Notes under the pieces: model-generated
The model's database searches: none
Told to the model about the DNA's origin: nothing
Seen by the model: only the letters and a program-made list of their open reading frames with translations
Part shown: one piece after another, positions 12,201 to 26,289 of the stretch
Layout: each line of letters starts with the position of its first letter
How positions within the stretch are numbered: the stretch's first letter is position 1
Program-made: the position numbers and the translations under genes
Assembly: GCA_028534125.1 (NCBI GenBank)
Contig: CM052818.1
Coordinates: 25,918,001-25,982,000, forward strand
DNA from: Lama glama
Taxonomy: Eukaryota
Direction: 5' to 3'
Length of the DNA stretch: 64,000 nucleotides

Positions 12201-13164
12201 AAAGACTTTTAATTTCTGCAAACTTCCTATGGCCTTCTGAATGGAATATTTTTTCCTTTCTGGTGGTTAATATCTACCCTAGTAAACTTGTAGGTCTTTC
12301 TTTTTAAAATTAAAATTTAAAAAAAAATTTATTAAACAGATAATCCATGAAGGCACTTTAGAAACTTTAAAGCCTTCTATAAAGAAACTCTTAAAGGGGG
12401 TGAAATTGGCACACTCAACAAGCTGCTCTTTTCATATTTGAGTGAATTGATTTCTGAGATATTAAAAGTTGGATTAAGTTCACTTTTATCAGAATGGTGT
12501 GGGGGAGTTGAGTTTTGAATGATAAGTCAGAGAGAAATTTTGACACAGAAATCACCCAGGTTCTTAGATTTTTTGACGACAGTTATTAATCATCAGAAAT
12601 TGCTGTTTTCTTTTCAGCAGCACTAAAATAGATATGACAATATGAGCAGGCTATGTGGAATTTTTGTTTAGAGTCAAGAGGTTTTTTATTACAGGAAAAG
12701 GGCCATGCACTTAGGTATTTTTCTCAAAAAATTCTGAAGTAGGCTAAAAGTCCTTGGGAAGGTTGAGCAATGTAGCTGATAACAAATGTCTTACAACTGG
12801 ATATTAAGATACAAATTTACTGCCTTTAAGTTACAACTAAATTTGTGATTGAACAGGGCTTGTGATCACTGTTAACCTAATCGGGCAATCAAGTAATATG
12901 ATAATTATTGCTTTGTCAAAAAAGTTTACAGTTTAATTTCAAAAGCAGTGAATCTTTGTAGACACTTTGAAAAATACTAATAAAGGAAAAAAGAAAGTAA
13001 AAATCATACCAACTGTTGGTAACCACTGCTAACATTTTAGTATACATCCTTTTTTAAATGACTAATTTAATTTTTCCCAGATTGGGATCTTGTTGTAGTC
13101 TTGTAACTTACTTTTTCATTTCATATTGTATTTCCCTATTTGATTAGATAATCTCTACAACATT

Positions 13165-13645
13165 TTTTTAATAGACTTTATTCTTTTAGAGCAATTTCAG
13201 GTTCACAACAGAATTGAGCAGAAAATACAGAGAGTTCCCATATAGCCCTCCCCACCCACACATATATCTACTCCCCTACCCGCAACATCCTTCACCAGTG
13301 TGGCATATTTGGTATAATCGATGAACCAACATGGGCACATTATTATCAACCAAAGTCCTTAGTTTACATTAGGGTTCACTTTTGATGCTGTACATTCTAT
13401 GGGTTTTGACAAATGCATAGTGACATGTAGCCACAACTATAGTGTCATACAAAATAATTTCATTGCCCTAAAAATCCCTTGTGCTCCATCTGTTCATTCC
13501 TCGCTCCCTGTCCCCAAACCCCTGGAAACCACGATCTTTTTATTGTTTCTGTAGCTGTGCCTTTTCCAGAATGTCATTTGGTTGGAATCATACAGTTTGT
13601 AGCCTTTTCAGACTGGCTTCTTTCATTTAGAAATACGTCTTTTAA
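13165..13645 (-). mobile_element. L1 (L1MC-like) 3' end fragment
   Basis: aatagactttattcttttagagcaatttcaggttcacaacagaattgagcagaaaatacagagagttccc...; a related copy lies at ~29000-29360. Confidence 0.75.
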
Positions 13646-14117
13646 GTTAACAACATGATTTTTAAAATGGCATTATACTACTACTTAACTAAAACTCCTC
13701 TTGGTTATGGGGTTATTTCTTGTCACTGTTGCTGGTTAAACATCTTTATAGATAAACCTTGACTCTTAAGAGTAGATTGCTGGGTCGAATGCCCTGTACA
13801 TTTTCAAGATTGAAGATACACAATCAGCAAATCCATTCAGGAAGATTGTACCCATTTAGTCTCTTTCCATTAAGGTTGGATTTGTGCCTATTCAGAAGTG
13901 GGTGTTGTTAATTAAAAATTAATGTTAACACACAGGAAAAATGGGGATCTCACTGTTTCATTTGCATTTCTTTGATTACAGTTAATGTTTAAATTTTAAT
14001 ATGGTAATTGAATGTGAATTCTTTTTCTTTAAATGAGAAAATTGCATTTTTTCTCAGTGCCTGTCAGTGTTCCTCTTGTTTTTGTAAAAGTCGTTTTGCA
14101 TACAAGAAATTCTTTTT

Positions 14118-14216
14118 TTTAAAAAAAGTTTGCTTATAGCTTTTTGAAAGAAAATTCGCATACCACAAAATTCACCTTTTAATGGAGGTGCTGGGGATTG
14201 AACCAAGGACCTTGTG
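14118..14216 (-). mobile_element. 5'-truncated tRNA-SINE with an L1-like 3' tail
   Basis: aatggaggtgctggggattgaaccaaggaccttgtg (SINE B-box region); TSD AAGAAATTCTTTTT at 14104-14117 and 14217-14230. Confidence 0.7.
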
Positions 14217-17200
14217 AAGAAATTCTTTTTCATGTTTGTCTTTTAATTTTGTGGGAGTGTTTTGAGGGGAGGAGAATAGTATGTTTTAAAAGCATTTAAA
14301 GTGGGTCTGTATGAGTGTTTTTCTTAATGACTGTCAACTTACTAACTTAGTGCTTGTGCTAGTCTCTTCTGAATCCTTAGGTATCCCACTGGAGTTTTTG
14401 GTTTTTTGTTTTCTTTCTTTTTACTGTTTTCAATTCTTTGTGAGATATTGATTGTTTATTCCTGTCTCTTTTTTTTTTAATACCAGAGTATGGGCGTCTG
14501 CTTCAGTGCCCAGTATACTGTAGAAGCTTCATGCTTAGGAGCTGGGTTCACATCACTGCCACCTTCACCAAGCTTCAGCTTCCTTAACTGAAAAAAACCT
14601 ACTTTAGGCATTTAAGTTTAAAGAAAATGTCTTAAAAGCACTTGGAATGTGTTGAATGTACAAAGAAACTTATTCCTTCTCAGGGTAAAGGAGTATCTGA
14701 CAGGGCTGGGATTAATTTTCTTTGGGAGTAGAGACCTGGAGTAGGGCAGGCAGGTAGAGGACCATATTTAGACAAAGAACTAGCTTTGTCTTGATGTTAT
14801 GTTGACATATGGAGCACCTATCTTAATAAAAAAAACTTTTCTGTTGCTTGTAATGAATTCCTACATAGAAAAGTGTAGAACAGATCCCTGTTACTAAGCT
14901 TTCATGTGGATGGAAGGTCAGAGAGACCTTTTGCATATTCATGAGTAAAGTTTATCATTAAGTTTACAATTTCAGAGGTAGAAATTACCGTATCTTAGTA
15001 TCGTTGAGGAAGACTTCATGGGGGAGGTTGGGCGTGTCAGGCCTTGAAGATGGGTGGGTCTCAGCACAGTTGTAGGATCTATCACTTGTTTGATGATAAA
15101 AAGGTAGGCATTTTGTTGGGATGCTTTTTATAAAATAGAGCACTTGTCCCTGCCTTCTAAGAATTTTTCTAAAAGGGATGCTTAAAAAGTCTTTAAAAGC
15201 AATTAGAAGCAACTGAAATGAAAGATCAAATGTGTTAAGAGCATGCTTAATAAAAAGGGAAGTGGGTTGTTTTTCTGTGGCCAAATAGAGCAAAGAATTG
15301 ATTTAAATAACTGAATAATTCCTGGAAAAACTCTCTGAATAGTCCTCCAAATGTGGCTTCATAAAAATTGTAAAGATGTGTGCTCCCTGCCCTTATTTTT
15401 GAGCATGTGTGTTTCTCTACCACCAGGAATCCTGACATGTACTTAAAATCTCCAAACTAGAGAAAGACAAAAGGAGAGTATAGTTAGAACCTTTGACTCT
15501 CTTATCCCTTTTGTTTTTTAAAAATTAGCCACATTTTATCTAGCTGGAAGGATGTTTATTTGTCTCTCTTTGGCACTATTCCCTTTTTATAGTTGCTCTC
15601 TTAGTAGGAATTTTGCCTCTACTGGGCCAGGGTTGGGATTTGAGTGTATACTTTGTTTTTCTTTCTTTTTTTTTTTTTTAAAACTGCTGCTGTAATAAGT
15701 CATATGAGGTAGAGTGGTAGCAAAATGGAACTCAGTGTCTTATTTCCAGAGTCTTGGCAGATACCTATTTGAGATTTGTCATGAAAACTCTATTCTAAAT
15801 TTAAGTTTGTGTGTGTTTTTCTTTTAATAACTCCTTTGCTAACTGGTTATCCTAAATTTCAATAGCTCTTCTATTAGTTTAATGTCTTTTAACTTACTAC
15901 AGAGTTAATTTGGGGGCCACAAAGAAAACGGTTAAACTGTTTGCCTAAATCAAGGCAATTTATTCTGATTTTGTTGGATTTGTGGTCACTGTGTTACAAA
16001 ACCTTGGAGTCACTGTACCAATAATACTTTTGGAAATGGAAATTTAGTGCATTGTCACTTTATAAAGGCTTATAAGAAAAGAGAATGTCCTTTGTAAAAA
16101 AAAAATATGGAATAATTTAGTGTTATCTGTTGCCTGCTCCAAAGAAGGATGTTGAAGAACTAGCTAGCTCTTGCATGCATCTTTCTATTTTTACTGTCAC
16201 CTCTTGACTTTCGGCTTTTCTCCTCTTGCTCAGGCTCTTCCAGTTGCCTTATATCTGATTTCCCTGTTTTTAAACTCATTATTCTTCTTACTCTCTCATC
16301 ACTTTCAGTTTATCTCTGCAGCACAGCTTTGATCCTATCACTCTGCTTTAAAATTTTCCGTGGCTCTCCTCATGATAATATTCTTAGCCTAAACTTTTAA
16401 GGTTAGCTTAATTTGATTCTCAGGGCTCAGAGAGAAGCAGCCTTCTCCAGGATGTATTCATTGGTAACCCTAGTTTGAATAATCCAATGTAGCTCTTTCT
16501 TTATACTGTCCTTTTATACTTGTTCATGTCAGAACTTTGAGAGTAAGGACTATTAGTAGTGAGTTGTACTTTCCTAGCATCTAGCATAGCGCCTTGCTCT
16601 CTGATTACTAATTTGAAGTAGGTAGGGTGGGGAAACCTTCCTCAGTTCATAACACTGTGTAGGTTTGTGGAGCATTGTTAGGAGTCAGTGAATATGACAC
16701 AATGAACTGAATGCATATCTTACCAAAAATGGGAGAATATAATTTTATTGCATCTTACATTTCAAAAGTCTACAATTTAAAATCTGCCCTTCTAGAAAGC
16801 TTACAAAGAAAAAATTGTTTCCCAAATGTTGGGGGCTTATAAAAATGATTTGCTGATTATAAATGATTAAGTTTTGACAAGGAAATTTTTGGAAAAAGTA
16901 AAGGGAAATACAGCTGTATGCCAAGATATGTTATGAAGATGAGAAACTTGTCTGCTTCTAAACAAATTGTATTGTTGGTAACTTTTCTCACCTTTCTAAA
17001 AATCTTAAAAACGTAAGAATTAACTTCTGTTTATTCAGCAAACATGCTCATTTGGCTTAGTTGGAAGATGACGGATCTGACAGAGACCTGAGTATGCATC
17101 CTGATTTGATTACTTACAAAATGTACGTCCTTGCAAATTGCTTAAACTAAGCCTCAGTGTCCTTCTTCATACAAACAAGGAAACTCGTAGCTATTCCACA

Positions 17201-20200
17201 AAGTGATTTTGAGGATTACATAGTTAATAGCACAGAGTAGGTACTCCAAGTGTTTTTCTCTTTTCTCTGGTAAGAGGTAGAATACCTAAAATTATTTCAT
17301 ACAACAAATTATTTCAAGGAATGAGAAAGTTACTAATGTTTTCACCTCTTCTCCTAGATAGCCACTTCTTTTAGTTCTCTGCTCAAATGTCTCCTTATTA
17401 AAGAAACTTTGCCTGACCATTCTTTTGTGAAATGGTGCATTTCCATCCGTTTCCCTTAACCTGCTTTATTTTTTCTCTGTAGCACTTAACACCAGCTGAT
17501 GCCATCTATCTGTCTTCTATCTCCTCACCTTTAGGATGTAGTAAACTCCTAAGGGCAGGATTTTTTCTTTTTTATTGTTTATTTTGTTTGGTATTGAGTC
17601 TGCAGTTCTTAGAACCAGGTCATAGGTGAATATTTACGGAAGGAATAAAGTCTTATGCACCCCTACTCTAGTCCTTTCACCCCTGCATCAGAATTACTTT
17701 GGTGCTTGTTGCAGTTGTAGGTTCCTGGATCCCATATCTGATGAGTTAAATCAACTCTGGAGGTGAGATCCAAGAATCTGTATTCCATACAAGTGGTTCT
17801 TAAGTTTTAGTATGTTTTGTGGTGTGGCTCATTAAATATTGACAGTATAACTAAGTTTCAGACCCATGTATAATTAAATTACAGAAGAATCAACTGTTCT
17901 GTAGCAAACAGTTTCTTCCCTGTTGATCTGTCAAGGAAGAGTTGTGTATCTGTAGTTTTGATTGTTTTGGATACTCTAGTTTTTGTCCAGAAATTCAGTT
18001 TAATCCAGAACTTAAAGTTGAAAATCTCAAAATACTATATGTTTATCAGTCTACCTCTCCCAAACAAACCAAACCCTTTAAACCCACACTTAATCTCTAC
18101 TTGTTATTTTTAACTCATAATAATAGATGAGCTGATATTAGGGATTTATTTTAAATGATAAGCATCACTCAAAGCTATGGACTGATCTGAGCCTCTTTCA
18201 TATGGCTCTGCCACTGGGGAACAAAGATTGATCTTTTTAAGAATTATCCTGTAACACTGAAAGGCCATTTGGTATACAGGAAATAGCATGGGCTTAATTA
18301 AAAGCCCTAAATAGAAATCTTGATTCATATACTAGTTTTTAGAGGTAGAGTCTTGAAGAGGTTTTTTTGTTTTGTTTTGTTTTTGGCTTCTTTGAATGTC
18401 CATATTTTCTCTCTGAAATGGGAATAATTGCTAAGTTACAGGGTTGTTGATAGGATTCCTATCAAAGTGCCTGGCATAAAGTCACAGTCATTAAGTTCCT
18501 TTCCCCGTGGATGTAAATTCTTAAGCAACTTAAAATGCTTCATTAGAAATTATTATAATAGAAGCGATTATAATCAAACTTAAAAAATAACAGGGAAAAA
18601 TATAATGGTTACCCAAGTGCCCATTGCATAGCTCTAATACCATAATACTTGCCATATTTGTTTTGAATCCTTTTTTAAAGAGAAATAAAATGTTACTGTA
18701 CAGTCGAAGGGTTCTCCAGACATCTTTCTTTTCTCCTCTTCCCTCCCTCCCTAGATATACACCTATCTAGAAGTTGGTGTATGTGTTTCCTGGTTTTTAA
18801 TAGTCCTATAACATTAAATTTTTTCTATGAACAATATATAATATTGTGCTATATTTAAACATTTTTAGTAAGTGGTTCAGACTATGTATTTGTGTCTTGA
18901 TTTGTTTTTTTCATTTGACATTGGTTTTGAGGTTTAAACATATGTATGTATTTAAATCTTATTTGTTAATTTTAGTTCTCTATTTCATGTTTTATTCATG
19001 GATATTTTGGTTGTTCCAATTTTTTTTTTCAGTTACAAACAGTAGTTCATTGAACAAGGAACCCTGTCTCTTCTGTACATATGTGTAAGAATTCCTCTAG
19101 CATATAAATAACTTAATTGGAAATTAAATTTTGAAAGTTTCAGTATTGTGTACTCTAATTCTTTAAAAATTTGGACCACACAACAAAAGTATTTTAAGAA
19201 AAGTACTTAACAGATGAAAGACCCTTGGGGTGACTTGGAGAGATATCCTGCAAGACTTCCCTTTAGAAGAAAATAGAGAAGACTCTAAGTTGCAGAACCT
19301 AAGTAAGAATTTTTCTAAATTTCTGTCTTATTGCTTAGGGTATCCAAAACCATTATTTATTGTAGCATCTCCTAACTAGCAAACAAAATTGACTATAAAC
19401 TGCAACCTCATTTAAAGTAACCTAAATTAGGTTCAGTCTAAAAACGTTTTTCTTATCTTTACACTTCAGGAAATCTATGCTTAAGAGGTGGCTAATATTT
19501 GACGGTAAGCTTTGGGAAAATATTTTGCAATGTGTTTTACATTTTTGTTCATCTATTTAGATAAATGGGTAAAAGCATTTTTATTCCTCAGTATTCTTTA
19601 AATGGGAAGAACAAAGATTCTGTGACATCAGTGCTGATTACTATGGAAGCAGAATAGATTTCAAGTGGAAAATAATATGTGAATCTTATAGGAAAATAAT
19701 TGTTTTTTAATCTCCTGCTTTGATAGTAATGTAGGAAGGAAATATGAACTACATTATATACACATTGAGAGTATTTTTAAAGATTGGTCATTTAAGATGG
19801 TCTTGTTGGTCAAAGGGGCAAAGCTAATGAGGGAAAGTATCTGATATCTGACATTATTAAGAGTTCCTCTTCTGGAGTCCTTGAAGTTTTTATTTTTGCA
19901 ATTTGCATCATAGTTCAGTTGTATATGAGAGAAGTTTAACACTGTAAGTTCTGAGTAGCATTATTTTATAGGATCAAATAGTTAAAACCTTTTCTTATAG
20001 TATATGATTGGCTAATAGCCACTTCTCTCCTTAAAAAAAAACCTTTTTGGAATCCAGGTTTGTGTCTTTGCTGTTACTCTTGTTTTGGGCAGGGGAAGGA
20101 AAGCTCGCTATTAAAAGCTCACCCAAGTGACTGATAATTCCAAACCAGTAATTTTCACCCCTAGCTATCTATCATGTCAGCATATTAAAGCATTTTCTAC

Positions 20201-20469
20201 ATTTTTATTTTTAAAGTAGGGATGTCTGTGTACATTGCCTCTCTTCACTTTGTACCAAATCCACAGTAGCTTGACTGGAGTGATTGGTTGTATCAGAGTA
20301 TTTTTAGCAGTCTTCCAGGAAGAATGGAGGATTATAGCTTAGCTTGAAAGCTTTTTTCCTTCAGTGATAACTTTAACATCACTAGAAACTACCTGGAATA
20401 AAAATAAAATAAAATGAATGATCTTAACGTACTAAGTACCTGTAAAATATCATGATCTTTGGTACTCTT

Positions 20470-20620
20470 ATGTTCAGAGGATCATCAGTGTTGGCATCAC
20501 GTTGGAGTTAGTGAGAAACGCAGTTTCAGGCTCCATCTCAGATTTCCTGGATCAGAATAGGCATTTAAACAAGTTCCTCAGGTGATTCATATGCATGTTA
20601 AAAGTTTGAGAAGCATTAAT
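20470..20620. mobile_element. MER5A-like hAT DNA transposon remnant
   Basis: ggcatcacgttggagttagtgagaaacgcag...caggctccatctcaga...aacaagttcctcaggtgattcatatgcatgttaaaagtttgagaagc. Confidence 0.75.
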
Positions 20621-21299
20621 GTAGAGGAAATAACACTGAATTAACAAGACCTTGCCCAGTTCTCCCTCCAGTGGTCTAGTCATGTGATTTTTTTTTTAAA
20701 TCTTTAAAATGAATGAATTTGGCTGCATAATCTCTAAAGCCCCTCTGGGTGATATGTTAGATTTAATTTTGAGTACTGAGGCTAATTTTTAGGCATCTGT
20801 ACTAGAACTTGAATGTCCTAAATGACTTGATATGCTAGGGATTGAATGCATATTCTCTTGGTGCTTAAAATACTTGTAGGAGTTAAAATGTCCCCCTTTC
20901 CAATATAAAATGTTGTCTTTGGAGTTCTTTAAAAAATAAGTATGTAATTTCGTAATACTTTTTTACTACTTTACCAAAATATCTTGGCTTGATGAAAATT
21001 CTCAGGAATTGATTTACAAATGTGGGAATTGTCACCATTGGAGACACTCAGAATTATCTTTCCAAGTCCTGAATTCAGGTCAGGAGAAAATAAATTAAAT
21101 TTGAACAGTGTCAGAATTGATGGACAGCCCTAGTTTTTCAACATACTGGATTATAACTTTCATAGGCAATTATCCTTGAAGGGGACAATACTAATTAGAA
21201 TATTTTTGTTCTGGAAAATGATGAATAAATTGGTTGTATTGCTTTATCCTCATTTAATAAATGAAAGTGCTAAGGGGAATAGGCTGGATTTGATTTTTT

Positions 21300-22760
21300 C
21301 AAAATCTGCTTGACTGAGATAATTTATATGAAATTCACTGATTTTTAAGTGTAGTTTGATGAGTTTTGATAAATGTATAGTTTTGTAGTGACCATCACCA
21401 AAATCATGGTATAGAACTTTTCCGTCATCTCTAAAAGTTCCCTTGTATTCCTTTATAGTTGTGCTAGCTTGGAATGCTATAGCAAATTACCATAGATTCA
21501 GTGTGTTAAACAACAGAAAAAAATGAGTTTATTTCTCAGTTATGGAGACTGGGAAGTCCAAGATCAAGGTGCCAGTAGATCTGATGTATAGTGGAACCCT
21601 CTTTCTGGTTTGCAGATGGCTGTCTTGGTGTATCTTCATTTGGTGGAGTGAGAGATATCTCTTTCAAGTCTCTTACTAATCCCATGCATGAGGGCTCCAC
21701 CCTCATGACTTCATTATCCCCAAAGGCCCCACCCCAGATATATCACATTGGAGATAAGGGCTTCAACATACCAATTTGGGGGATTCACATTCAGTTCATA
21801 GCAGTAGTCAATTCTCTTCCTTTAACTTCAGCTCCTAGCAACTACTGATCTGCTTTCTGTTTGTGTTGTTTTGCTTTTTCTAGAATTTAATGTAAATGGA
21901 ATCATACAGTACAATTTTTGTGTATGGCTTCTTTCACTTAGTATAATGCTTTTTAGATTTATCTGTGTATTTCAGTGATTCATTTCTTTGCATTGCCAAG
22001 TAGTAGTCCATTGTATGGATTTAATACAATTTATTCATTTTCCAGTAAATAAACATTTGGGTTGCTTCCAGTTTATGGCCGTTATGAATAAAGCTGTAGT
22101 GAACATTTGTATTTCAGTCTTTTGTTATCCTGTGTTTAATTTCTCTTTTAAGTACCTCACAGTGTGATTGCTGGTTGTATGGTATGTGTTTATACATGGT
22201 ATTGCCAGAAAGTTTTTTAAAGTGGTTTTTTTCATTTTATACTCTCACCAGAAATATATGTGAATGCTAGTTGTTCCCCACCAGCTCTGTTTTTGTCAGT
22301 TTTGTAAATTTTAGCTATTCTAGTGAGTGTGTAGTGATATCTCATTGTGGTGTTAATTTATATTTCCTTAGGATCTGATTGTGTGAGTATATTTTCTTGT
22401 GCTTATTGGCCATTCATATATCTTCTCTGAAGTGTTTTTTAAAATCTCTTGTCCATTTTAAAATGTAATTGTTTGTATTGAGTTGTAAGAGTTGTTTATG
22501 TATTCTGAATACTGGATTTTGATTAAGGGTTTTTGTCTGTTCATTAGGGATGTTAATAGTTTTGTTTTCTTGTAATGTCTTTGTCTTGTTTTGATATTGG
22601 TTTTGATATTGGATTGGGATAATAATAATGAGTTGGGAAATGTTCCTTTCCCTTTTTTTTCTGTAAAAGTCTTCGTAGAATTGGCATAATTTCATCCTTA
22701 AATGTTTGGTAGTTCACCAAATTCACCAGTGAAGCCATCTGGGCTTTAAGTTTTCTTTTT
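21300..22760 (-). mobile_element. Old L1M fragment interrupted by an MLT1 LTR
   Basis: L1 3'UTR motifs on both sides of the LTR; degenerate ORF2-like translation (YQTFKDEIMPIL; KWTRDFKKHFREDI) at 22.4-22.7 kb. Confidence 0.78.
21460..21803. mobile_element. MLT1 (MaLR) solo LTR
   Basis: TG...CA ends; aaacaacagaaa...ttatttctcagttatggagactgggaagtccaagatcaaggtgccag...cccatgcatgagggctccaccctcatgac. Confidence 0.82.
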
Positions 22761-24815
22761 AGGGTGTTTAATGCATTTGATTTTAAACCTGATTCTTTTC
22801 AGTTTTCCCTGCTAAAGAATGAGCATGTTCTTTTAGTTAGCCAATGATTAATGAGTTTCTTAGAATAAGGTTCTTCCTTCCAGATTTTAGGACGGTAGAA
22901 TTGATACATGTTTAGAACTGTATTTCTGGGGAAATGGGATGAGGGGTATGGTGGAGTAGGCTCAAAATTTTACAGTCACTTGACCTTGTCTTGTTTATTT
23001 TGAAAACTTTTTTTTTTTTGGTCCTTCATGGTACCTTCCTGCCCCTCCCAATCACTAAAATGCTGGGGAAGTACAAGAAATGTTGAGCAGCAGTGTTCTA
23101 GAATATTTGAGAGACTAGAATATTGAGGACTTCCTCTTTCTTCTAATAGCACTGGCCTGTATCTCTCTGTCTTGTACTTAGATCTGCTTCATCTCCTAAT
23201 AAAACTTTTATTAGCCTCACCACTTTAAACAAAAAGCTTACTATTATGGAAATTTTCAGATATGTACAGAAGTGAAGAGAGCAACATAAGGAACCTGTGT
23301 ATACACATCTCCTGGATTAAATAATTTTCAATATAATGGCCACTTTGTTTTATCTATTTTTCATAGTCAGCCTCCCTACCAGATTATTTTGAAGCAAATA
23401 ACAGATTGTATGAATGTTTTGTGTCTTTTAAAGATTTTTTGAAAACATAGTCATGATACTATTATCACAGTAGAAAAATAATTCCTTAACACCAAATATC
23501 CAGAGTTCATATTTTCCTAATTATTTCAGATTTTTTAATAGTTAATTCACTTGAACAAGACCCACACACTGCATTTGGTTGATATGGCTCTTAAGTCTCT
23601 TTTCTGTAGGTTTTCGTTTTTCGCCTTTGCTTTTGTGATTTATTTGTCCATTTGTTGGTTTTTCCAGTGGAATTTCCCATAGCCTAGAAATTTCTGACGC
23701 CATCTCTGTGGTGGTGGTAGTGGTGAATGTGTCTCTTATCTCTTCTTTCCCATAGTTGGATCTAGAGGCTTGATAAGTTTCATACTTAAAAAATTTTTTC
23801 TTCAGAAACACATCTTTATGTGCTTGCTGATGTATCAAATCAGGAGCCGCAAAACTTTTGACCGTCTCTGTAATGTTAAGATTGATTCAGGAGGTTAGGG
23901 GTTAATCTATCCATTATAATCTACCCCATCACCTTCTCACCCATTAATCATTGTGCATCGCTGCCTTTTTGAAGTCCCCATTTCTAGGGAGTGAAGACCA
24001 CCTGGATTCTCTTTATGCAAAACCTTAGACCTTACTACTTAATTGGTTCCTGGGTACAGTCTTAAGTCAGATCATTAGTTCCTATAAATGTGCATTATTT
24101 CTAATTAAGTTCTGTTTTAGATCTGTTTCACTCTATATCATGCTTGATCTCGAAAATAAAAGAAGATTGAACAAATGCTTCCTTCATTTATTAAGAACAT
24201 AAACTAGATATCTAGTATAAGTACATTATTATTTAGTAATGATTATGTACTTAACATTAATACAACCTTTTAAGGAATTTTTCTTCTTGAACTAGATGGG
24301 CTGAATTAATTGATTGAGGCTTCTTAGAGCCTCTTCTAAGATCATGACAGAGTGTAAGTCAGGATACCTACCCTCTTTTTTCCCTTGTAGAATTTGCTTT
24401 ACCAAGCTTAGGAGGTCTACATTATTCCAAAGACCTTATAGTTATATCTAAAGTTATTATCATCTGGTTCATATTTTTCTTGATGATGCTCTAAAATTTT
24501 GAATAGCAAATACTGTCTTCAATGATTCTTTGCTTTTCCACTTCGAAAATGCTTTGTTGCTGAACTATTTTGAGTAAGATTCTAACAACTAGGTCAATTT
24601 TGCCTTGAAACTATGCATTGCTGTCTTTTTCTTGGCTTTACTAATGCATTCACTTTCTAAAAAATTTTGTTTTGTTAATAATGATTTCAAATAGTTATTT
24701 CCTTCTTAACCTCTAGGTAACATTAGTGGAAAATTCTTCAGTCCACCTGTAATGGCATTTAACACTTCCTACTGAATTTTCAGTGCCAGTCAGTTTTCTT
24801 CCTAAACCATCTCTT

Positions 24816-24929
24816 AATTAAAAAAAACAAAACTATTTTTATTTCTTTCCCCTTAACAGAGGTACTGGGGGTTGAACCCAGGACCTCGTGCACACCAAGC
24901 ACGTGCTCTACGATCCAGCTATACCGTCC
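24816..24929 (-). mobile_element. Vic-1-type SINE
   Basis: gaggtactgggggttgaacccaggacctcgtgcacaccaagcacgtgctctacgatccagctatacc. Confidence 0.85.
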
Positions 24930-24936
24930 ACCATCT

Positions 24937-25094
24937 TTTTTTTTTTTTTTAATTTAAATACCATCAGTTTACAGTGTTGTGTCAATTTCTGGTGTACTGC
25001 AGAATACACAGTTCAGAATATACAGAATAGTAGTTCAGTCATATGTATACATACATATATTCGTTTTCATATCCTTTTTCATTAGGGGTTACTC
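24937..25094 (-). mobile_element. 5'-truncated L1 3' tail
   Basis: poly-T, then cagtttacagtgttgtgtcaatttctggtgtac...atatattcgttttcatatcctttttcatta; followed by AAACCATCTTTT repeat. Confidence 0.75.
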
Positions 25095-26289
25095 AAACCA
25101 TCTTTTGAGCTAAAAACTTATTCCTTTCATAGCTCACCCAGTTTTAAGCATTTTCAAGACTGTACATATTCAGTGCCTTTAAAAAAATAATCTGTTTGGT
25201 TCGGAGTTTTATGGTTTGGCTGATATATGTATTCTATCAAGTTTTCCCACATCATTAATCAGTTTGTTTCTTTTAACAAAAATTACTGGTTATTGTATTG
25301 ACCTAGAGATTTATGCTCCTTTCAGTTATAGTTCTTTATCTTTCACAGTTGTGCTTCATTGAACCATGAAAGTTGGAACCTGAAAGATAACTGATACTTT
25401 TATTCCTCACTTCTGTAGATTTAAAATGCCATGCTTTGTTTCTAGAGTGAGTTTTTTTACTTAAAAAAAAATTTAGCTTTTGGTGGTTTACTTTTTTTTT
25501 TTTTGAAATCATAAGGGAGAGAAAGATCCAAAATTTGAAGAAAATTTTTAAAAAGTAGAGAGCAGAGTACAAATTTGTGCTAAGCATAGACTTCAGGTTT
25601 TCTGCTGGATTATTAACCTCAGCTCATTATCCAGTGATCCTTAGTTTTGAGTTGGTCATAATATTTATAGTTATAAATTTGAATTTTGACCCTTAATTGA
25701 GAATCTTATTTGTAATAAAGATCATGAAAGTAGGATAGGGTTATTGAAAGTAAAGCCATTTCAGTTTGAGGATTTGCTTGTTTCTGCTTGCAGAGAGGCA
25801 GTGATGGGTCTTTAGCTAGTTTTGCTGTCTGTTGTTTGTTTAATAGCCAGTTCCAGCTTTTTACCCCCGTTCAGGTGAGAGAACCACCTTGTTCCTATGG
25901 GAAAAACACAGTTTGCTTTATAATGTTAAATTGAAAGCTGCGTTCCTGGCTGAGCGTTTTGTAAGAAGTAAATCATAATATATTATACAAACAAATGTAT
26001 AGCAATTATAAACCTTTTTGATTAGTTTTCAGTATTAATTCCCCCCACTGTATTCTAAAACATGAAAGAGCAGTGCATAAATTTTTTCGAATTTAAAAAA
26101 CTATCTGCAAAATATACTGTTTGTGTTTAATAATTTGCCACTGAGAATTAAAGGGACTTTTGGGTGGTAATTTACTGTTTGTTTTCTTAAAGCTATCTAT
26201 ATTTGAATACACAGTTCACATAAGAGGAAACAAATATACATAGAAAAATGGTCAGCCTTTGTCAAAGATATGCATATTAAAGCAAAATG

